From the NCBI RefSeq assembly GCF_009914755.1, contig NC_060931.1: a stretch of DNA of 64,000 nucleotides, one strand, 5' to 3'. The DNA comes from the human T2T-CHM13v2.0 reference genome, Homo sapiens. The notes under the pieces were generated by a model, which was given only the letters and a program-made list of their open reading frames with translations, was not told the DNA's origin and did no database searches. Made by a program: the position numbers and the translations under genes. Shown piece by piece: positions 55,448 to 64,000 of the stretch. Numbering within the stretch: position 1 is the first letter of the stretch; each line of letters begins with the position of its first letter.

Positions 55448-55663
55448 TATATATATATATTTAATATATATAAACGTATAATATAAATGTATTATATATG
55501 TATATATATTTATATGTGTGTGTGTATATATACACACATATATACACACACATATAAATACATACATATATATATACACACATATATACACACACACACA
55601 CATATATATACACACACATATATATATACACACATATATATATACACACATATATATATACAC
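55448..55663. repeat. Compound (TA)n/(CA)n/(TG)n microsatellite
   Basis: About 215 bp of mostly alternating purine-pyrimidine sequence. Confidence 0.95.
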
Positions 55664-56974
55664 ATTTCTTTTGCAAGTCCTTTGTTTTTTTTTGAGACAC
55701 AGTCTCCCTCTGTTGCCCAGGCTGGAGTGCAGCAGCGTCTGATCTTGGCTCACTGCAACCTCTGCCTCCCGGGTTCAAGTGATTTCCTGCCTCAGCCTCC
55801 CAAGTAGCTGGGATTACAGGCGTGTGCCACCATGCCTGGCTAATTTTTGTATTTTTAATAGACATGGGGTTTCACCATGTTGGTCAGACTGGTCTCGAAC
55901 TCCTGACCTTGTGATCCACCCACCTGGGCCTCCCCAAGCGCTGGGATTACAGGTGTGAGACACCACACCTGGTGCAAGTCCTTTTTAAAAACGCTTTTCA
56001 CAATTTCAAAACAAATTAAAATCCAACCTTCTGATAAAATACACCCATATGCACACTGCACACACATGTATGTACTCACAGGCACACACACACAAAGCAC
56101 GCATGCACACCAGTCTCTATGCAGAGACTATCTCTGGAAAGGAACATAAAGAAATCAGGACCAGTGGCTGCCTCTGGAACAAAAACTGGGTGGTGGGAGA
56201 CTCATTTTCCATAGTGCATTTTTTTGTACCATGAACATATGTTTCATGTTCAAAAAACCCCAAAAACCTCCTTTTTTAGAATGCCTTAAAGAACTGACTT
56301 AGTAAACAACACTAAGGTAAACTACAATTTTAGAATGAGCGTCTCTTCCCCTGTAATTCTGGAAGGAGCCTTTTTGTCTAATTGCATACTACCGCCCCTA
56401 AGGAAGCGACTTTATTTTTTCACTTCATAGCTGCGGTTGGGCCATCTAAATATTAAACATCCTGCTTTCTTTTAAATTCATTGTGAAGCATTCCCCCACA
56501 TGGGCTTCTGTAAACAGCTTCTAGCGTGCCAACTTCATCCAATATCTCCCCCTCTCCGGAGCCTCATGGCACCCTACCAGAGCCTTTGCACCATCGTGCC
56601 TCTGTTTCCCCGATCCACCCCAAGGATGGCCTCCGACAGGGCTTCTTATAGGACTGGATGCTTGAGTGGGCTACTCCCTCCAACCTCCCAGTCAGTGGGC
56701 CGGGATGGGTTGACCCAGCTCCTGCACCCCAAGAAGCCTGGTGTCACTCCCCCACGCATCACACCATGCAGATGCACCACGGGTATCTCATGGGTGTCAC
56801 CACAGAGTGTGCAATGACATAGCATGCCGCGCTGCAGGAGTGCAGCCAGGACCCGGAAGGGGGAGCAGGTCCCATGGCCCTCGTCCTGGCCCATCTGCAC
56901 GCGAGGTGTCTGCAGTGACGTCAGGTGACTCTACTCTTAGCATCCATTCTCAAGACCTCCCCGGCCAGCCTTAC

Positions 56975-57060
56975 CCTCCATGGGAAATACTGGTCCTCCA
57001 GGCGACCGATTCCCAGGCACCCTCGGATGTTCTTGCCCCATACAAACAGCTCTCCTTTGT
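56975..57060 (-). CDS. RCC1L: RCC1L exon 10 (NKGELFVWGKNIRGCLGIGRLEDQYFPWR)
   Basis: ttgcag|AC...TGGAGG|gtaagg; RCC1 motif WG-x-N-x-x-G-x-LG. Confidence 0.95.
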
Positions 57061-57327
57061 CTGCAAAGGGAGGAAAACAGGGGTTGGTTGGGACTGTGTG
57101 AAGAACAAGTCTCCAAGGAGAGGATGGGTCATGAGAACAGGCTTTCTAGAACCGGATACCTACAGAGCCCACTGTTCAGCTTTTACCAGGCGTTCATGCT
57201 TTCTTTGAAGGCAAAAGTAAGGGTCTGAGATGCTGTCCCCATATCGAAAACACATCCACGGCCAGGACTTCTGCTGCATCCACCCACGTGGGAGATGAGC
57301 ACTCAAATGAAGATGGGGCAGGGGGCA

Positions 57328-57570
57328 GTGCACGGGGCTGGGGGTGATGCATGGAGCTGGGGTCTGGGGGTGGTGCACGGGGCTGGGGGTGGTGCATGGA
57401 GCTGGGGTCTGGGGGTGGTGGACAGGGCTGGGGGTGGTGCATGGAGCTGGGGTCTGGGGGTGGTGGACAGGGCTGGGGGTAGTGCATGGAGTTGGGGTCT
57501 GGGGGTGGTGGACAGGTCTGGGGGTGGTGCATGGAGCTGGGGTCTGGGGGTGGTGCACGGGGCTGGAGGT
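57328..57570. repeat. 45-bp G-rich minisatellite, ~5.4 copies, RCC1L intron 9
   Basis: Units at 57328, 57373, 57418, 57463, 57508, 57553: GTGCACGGGGCTGGGGGTGGTGCATGGAGCTGGGGTCTGGGGGTG. Confidence 0.95.
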
Positions 57571-58867
57571 CACTGGTGCACACGGCCCACTCTGCTCACC
57601 CCTTGTGCCCCGCCCACAATCGTGTGCCACCAAACTCTGCCTTCCACAAATCCTGGCGACACCCTGGGCTTCCTGATTTGACAGTGAAAAGTAAGACAAT
57701 TTGTCATTCCTGGATTGATTGTCCATATCTTGGGAGCATTCAGCCACAGGGCATCTAATGACCAAGTGCCTGCTTGTGCTGGGTCTAGGTCTGTGTTCCA
57801 GGAGCTGGGGACTGGCCAGAGACGGAACAGACAGATGATTTTAATATATGTTTACAAACTGTAAAAACTGTCATGAAGAAAAAGTACAAGATGCTGTTTA
57901 AGAGGTCAACCCAGGAGATGGCCTCTCCTAGCCCGGCCTTCAGGTGGGACTCTGTCTGCACCAGCTGGGGCACTCCTGGGCCCATGTCACCATCAGCTGT
58001 TGGGCAAAAGGCTTGGGTCATGGGAGGCAGAGGAAGTGACATGGAAAAGCCAGGACTACAAGACCTGGGGCTGATGAAGTACGGAATAATTACAAGCTGT
58101 CTTAGGCCCCTGATCTAAGCATGCCCCTTGTTCTCCACACTCAGACCTTAGATAGTTTTTGTGTGTGTGTGTTTGTTTGCTTTTGAGACAGGGTCTCACT
58201 CTGCTGCCCAGGCTGCGACGCAGTGGCACAAACATAGCTCACTGCAGCCTTGAACTCTCAAACTCAAGCAGTCCTTCCACCTCAGCCTCCAGAGTAGCTG
58301 GGACTACAGGCGCACACCACCACACCCAGCTAATTTCTGTATTTTTTGTAGAAAAGGGATCTCACTATGTTGCCTAGGCTAGTCTCGAACTCCTGGGCTT
58401 TGAGGGATCCTCTCATCTTGGCCTCCCAAAGTGCTGGGATTACAAGCATGAGCCACTGCACCCAGCTAGCCCTTAGGTGTTTAATAGAACAATTCGGCCT
58501 GGCTCCCCAAAATGCTAGCAGACCACAGGATAAACCAACCAACTCTAATTCCCAGATGGCTATCTGCAAATGCCAGGCACACAGGCAGGAAGACAGCTAG
58601 GCTCTGTCTACCAACAGGCAGTAACTCACCCTTAGAAGGAGGCCTGTTAAGTCTCGGGGAGAAATCCAGAAAGGAATTTCATTTCGCTGTGACCTGAAAT
58701 GGCTACATGGCATGAGGGCAAATAGAAAAGCCTCTGCTCTAGTCAAATGCTTCACACAGATTTCTAAACATGTGTCTCTGCCCATAGTTGAGGCCTTAAG
58801 AACTTTCTGGAAAGTAGATATTTGTTTCCCCAAAAATTAGTCCATACGACTCTTATTTATCAAATCA

Positions 58868-59130
<263 letters not shown>

Positions 59131-60164
59131 TTAGTCATGACCACTGCCACTTCAGTGCTTCAGCCTAGAGCCAGATAAAACTCCAGCTGGCAGCCATAAC
59201 AACCCAGGCCTGCCTGTTTGACGGCCTCTGGAGCCTGGAATTCAGACAATAAGTGAATAGCAGTTAGGACCCTGGTACAGAGGGTGAGCATCTGGGACAG
59301 GCCCCACGTGGGAATGAGGCCAGAGAACTCAACCAAAGATGACACCAACTGACTGTCCCGGCCTGGATGTTTAAAAAGAAAACAATTACTTGCCATGAGA
59401 TGAAAAGATTCTTTTAATTGCAAGGAAATAACTAATTTACTTGAGAATCACAGAATGAAATTAATTCAGGACAGTTTTACTATTCGAGTCAACTAAAGAG
59501 CAGCAAATTGAACCCACGGTAACTGTGGTGGAGTAAGAGATGTAACCAAGAAAAGGACACATTCCTTACCCTTACCCTGCAGGGTAAGCGGATATTCTGT
59601 GGCTTTGTAATCTGGCAGGCCTTTGGGAAAAACCTCCATTTTGCTCTCCCCTTTCATCATTCTCTACCCCGGCACTTTGGAGAAATCGGTAGATTTACCT
59701 CCGTGAAACCACGGGACAGTCTGACAAATCGGCCTTTTGCCATCCCATATCCTGGGTCAGATCAGGGTCTGGGCTCGGCCAGGGAATGGGATTAAGCCCC
59801 ACACATTCACTTCCTAATCACCCACCCATGGATCCGCCAAGCCTCTGCTGGTTTCCTCCAGCACCCGACGTACTAGCAATGCCCCTTCCTACCACCAACG
59901 GGTGCTCTCTTGAGAAAATGCACGTTCACGTTAGCCTACCCACAAACCAAACGAACCAAAATTAAAACTCCAGGGGGGGAAAACAAGACATTATACAACC
60001 TCGAGGCAAACAACTTCTGGCTTAGCCCTTGCTTGAGTTATCAGTACAAAGGCGCCGTTCTGTTGGATGGGTGGAACCTGAGAGCTGCCCGCAGTTTGGG
60101 GTTGAACTGGAGACAGAGAACCTCTGCTGGGCTCACACCAGGGCCACCGGGCTTGGTAACTTAC

Positions 60165-60338
60165 TGGTCAGTGCAGCAAAGTGGCTGAGTCCACATCGGA
60201 TGCGGGAAACCTGGATTTCTGGGTTGAACTCCGTCAAGCCAAAGAGAGTGGGTGGAATCATTTCAGGGACGGCACTTTCCACTAGGTTTGGACCTTTCCC
60301 AAGAATTCCATAGCCCCAGACAAAAACATGTCCTTCTC
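60165..60338 (-). CDS. RCC1L: RCC1L exon 9 (GEGHVFVWGYGILGKG...CGLSHFAALT)
   Basis: atgtag|GA...ACCA|gtaagt; RCC1-repeat motif G-x-V-F-x-WG; ORF 60133..60378. Confidence 0.95.
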
Positions 60339-60968
60339 CTACATTACAGTAAAAACAAGGGTCAGTAAGTCCATCCAAGTAAGAACCTCCCTCACCAGAA
60401 ACTCAAACTACACCACCAAGGTTTATGACATCCACACGGTTTTTTTTTGTTTTTTTTTTGTTCTGTTTTTTTCCTCCTTGCTTGGCAAGAACATGCAGAC
60501 AGAGATTTAGAATAATAATTCTCTCTCCCCTGCTTAAATTCTTGCTGGGGGAGTCTGTCTCGCCAGCTCTCCTGGCTCAGAACACAAACTTCCCACATCT
60601 TGAGGGTTAGTAACCTGGAAGGGACGAGCGTATAAATCATCCAGAAAACCCATACGAATACCAGAGAATTGGAGGATGTTTTCTCCCCCTAATGACAGCT
60701 CTGTGTTTCACACTGATCAGAAGGCCAAACACATCAACAATGTCTGGCCAGATTCTTAAAACTCTTAGAAATGATGTTTTGGTTATAGAAAGTTTAATAT
60801 TCATCAGTGGTGCCAGATATTTCATCGTTATCCAAAGCTGAAGGCTGTTCTCCCATCTGCCTTTGATTTTTTGGCTGGAGAAGGCAGAGCTGGAGTCTCT
60901 CTGGCCCAGGCTAAGGGAGGGGAATGAAGTAGTTCGCTCTCCACTCCAGAGGTTTGCTCTAGGATGAC

Positions 60969-60988
60969 TCAGCTCTGTGGCCATGTAT
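60969..60988 (-). CDS. RCC1L: RCC1L alternative terminal exon in intron 8 (short isoform, DTWPQS*)
   Basis: tctgtag|AT ACA TGG CCA CAG AGC TGA, phase-compatible with exon 8; candidate ATTAAA at 60793-60798 (-). Confidence 0.75.
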
Positions 60989-61792
60989 CTACAGATAAAT
61001 CGCAGACTATTCGCTTTTTGTTAAGAACTTCATTCACACCCTGTAATGCCATCTTCTAATCCAATGCCATCTTCCCATGGCCATAGTCCCTTCCTTTTTT
61101 GAAACAGGGTCTCACCGTGTTGCCCAGTGCAGTGGCATGATCATAGCTCACTGCAGCTCGAACTCCTGGGCTCAAGGGACCTTTCTGCCTCAGCCTTCTG
61201 AGTAGCTGGGACTACAGGTGTGCACCACCATGCCCAGCTAATTTTTCATTTTTTCTTTTTCTATTGAGACAGAGTCATCCAGGCTGGAGTGCAGTGGCGC
61301 AATCTCGGCTCACTACAACCTCTGCCTCCTGGGTCCAAGCAATCCTCCCACCTTAGCCTTCCAAGTACTAGGATTACAAGCATGTACCACCATGTCTGGC
61401 TAATTTTTCTATTTTTAGTAGAGTCAGGGTTTCACCACGTTGGCCAGGCTGGTCTTGAACTCCTGACCTCAGGTGATCTGCCCGCCTTGGCCTCCCAAAG
61501 TGCTGAGATTACAGGTGTGAGCCACCACACCCAGCCTTCCAGCTAATTTCTCCATTTTTTGGTAGAGACAGGGTCTCGTTATGTTGTCCAGGCTGGTCTG
61601 GAACTCCTGGCCTCAAGCAATCCTCCTGCATCAGTTCCCCAAAGTGCTGGGATTACAGATGTGAGCCACCGCGCCCAGCCATGTTACCCTCCTAAGGCTA
61701 AGGTCTACGGCCTGCAAATCCAATGGACACTGACCACTCCCTATGTAATCTACCTACAGCTTCCCAATGAGCCACCGGAAAGAAGGTCTCAC

Positions 61793-61880
61793 CGTTTAAC
61801 ACTGCACAGCCCGTGCCACCGCATGCAGCCTGTCGCACCTTCCCCACTCCTGAGAAGTGTAAGCAGCGGGGCACATTCAC
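61793..61880 (-). CDS. RCC1L: RCC1L exon 8 (VNVPRCLHFSGVGKVRQAACGGTGCAVLN)
   Basis: ttcag|GTG...AACG|gtgag on the - strand; RCC1-repeat sequence; 88 nt. Confidence 0.93.
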
Positions 61881-62111
61881 CTGAACCAAAGAAAGGAGCC
61901 ACACTGTTAGGAAAGCAAGCCAGTAAGGACCGGGAAGTGTTCTGGTCTTAGGTACAGAGTAGCTGAGTCCTAGTTCATTCATTCACTCCACAGATACTTC
62001 CTGAACATCACATGCCAAGCATCATACTAGGTGCTGGGGTAGAATGGGAAGCAAAAGAGGCCCAGTTTCCACCCTCAGAGAGTTCTAGTCTAGTGGACGA
62101 GGCAGATGTCA

Positions 62112-62414
<303 letters not shown>

Positions 62415-63024
62415 CTATCTCAAAATAAATAAATAAATAAAGTGTATTGTTTTAATTCACTAAGTATTGGGGCCATTTGTTATGTGGCAATAGATAACAA
62501 TGGCATACCACTGGATCTGTCCCCCACAGGAAGGCCATGGGTGACATTTCTCTCAGACCTTGGTAACAGGGAGAGCCGTACTTCTCCCCAACACCTTTTC
62601 TGCTGTTTATCTTATGGAACAATGAATCATTTAAATACCATGTTTCTTCTTTGCTTTGCCTACTAGGAAGCTCCTAGCCAAATCTGCAACCACTTCTAGC
62701 TACTGTACCAGACCACAGAGGAGACTTTTTAAAAAAATATTCTTAGCTGACCTTTAGTTTCCCTTTATGCAGATTTCTCTGTTAATATATATTTAAAACC
62801 TTGCTGTATGTTGTCAGAAATTTGATCATATCAAGGAATGTAATATGTTTATTTATTAGAGATGGGATCTCACTATGTTGCCCAGGCTGGAGTGCAGCAG
62901 CTATTCACAAGCATGATCACAACACAGTACAGCCTCAAACTGCAGCACTGCACCAGCCAGGTACAGCAGTGGTCGTGCCTATAATCCCAGCAGTTTGGGA
63001 GGCTGAGGTGGGAGGATCGCTTGA

Positions 63025-63402
<378 letters not shown>

Positions 63403-63469
63403 TGACACCCTATGTCGAAAAAAAACAAAACCAAAACCAACAAACAAATAAACAAAAAACTAGCCACTA

Positions 63470-63620
63470 GTGGTGTGGGGTTTTTTGGAGGAGTGATTAA
63501 AATGTTCTGAAATTAGATAGTAGTAACAGTTGTGCAGCCTTGTGAATATGTTAATACTAAAATCCACTAAATTGTAAACTTTAAAATGGTGAATTATGGT
63601 ATGTGAATCATATCTCTATT
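63470..63620 (+). mobile_element. Old L1M 3' terminal fragment
   Basis: aaatgttctgaaattagatagt...ttgtgaatat...actttaaaatggtgaattatggtatgtgaat. Confidence 0.65.
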
Positions 63621-63687
63621 TTTTGAATTGGCCATCAGTTGGTAATTGTGGAAAATGAGTGATGGGAAGAGAGATTAGTTATACGAT

Positions 63688-63857
63688 TGATATGGTTTAG
63701 ATCTCTGTCCCCCCCGCAAATCTCACACTGAAATGTAAACCCCAATGCTGGAGGTGGGGTCTGGTCGGAGATGACTGGCTCATGGGGGTGGTTTCTCATG
63801 GTTTAACATAACCTTTTTTGGTCCTCCTGAGATCTGGTCACTTAAAAGTGTGTGGTG
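63688..63857 (+). mobile_element. MST-type MaLR LTR fragment
   Basis: tgatatggtttagatctctgtcccc...aaatctca...gagatctggtcacttaaaagtgtgtgg. Confidence 0.75.
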
Positions 63858-64000
63858 GCTGCCCTGCCTATGAAGTAGTCATTCTTTATTCCTTTACTTG
63901 CTTTTATTTTATTTTTTTGAGACAAAGTCTCACTCTCGTCCCCCAGGCTGGAGTGCAATGGCGCGATCTCAGCTCACTGCAACCTCCACCTCCTACGTTT

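Noticed and set aside
55461-55865. YIYICV/THTHI-rich ORFs
   Set aside because: Dinucleotide microsatellite translations fused to an Alu.
57160-57765. Overlapping repeat ORFs (HHPQTPAPCTTPSPV etc.)
   Set aside because: Artefact of the stop-free 45-bp minisatellite.

Overview
Human (primate) genomic DNA, very Alu-rich (about 100 Alu elements or fragments by manual count), consistent with the 7q11.23 CASTOR2/RCC1L locus. The + strand carries CASTOR2 (GATSL2) coding exons 2-9 (12318-28960; exon 1 lies upstream of the window) and a ~6.8 kb 3'UTR ending near 35780. The - strand carries the 3' part of RCC1L (WBSCR16): exons 8-11 plus two alternative terminal exons. One is intronic (DTWPQS*); the other ([15 protein letters not shown]) lies antisense inside the CASTOR2 3'UTR. 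Almost all ORFs in the supplied track are Alu or repeat artefacts. The strongest candidate novelty is an intact sense-oriented THE1 (MaLR) solo LTR 1 kb upstream of CASTOR2 exon 2. It has a DUX4-type motif, a TATA box and a CAT|GTAAGA donor. Splicing that donor to exon 2 (which begins G-TGC-AAG) would build an in-frame GCC-ATG across the junction and give an N-terminally truncated 292-aa CASTOR2. Other findings: an unidentified polyadenylated retrocopy splitting an Alu, a candidate UG-repeat-adjacent cryptic RCC1L exon, two local duplications and two minisatellites. Gene models come from manual GT-AG and phase tracing; all functional proposals are untested inferences.
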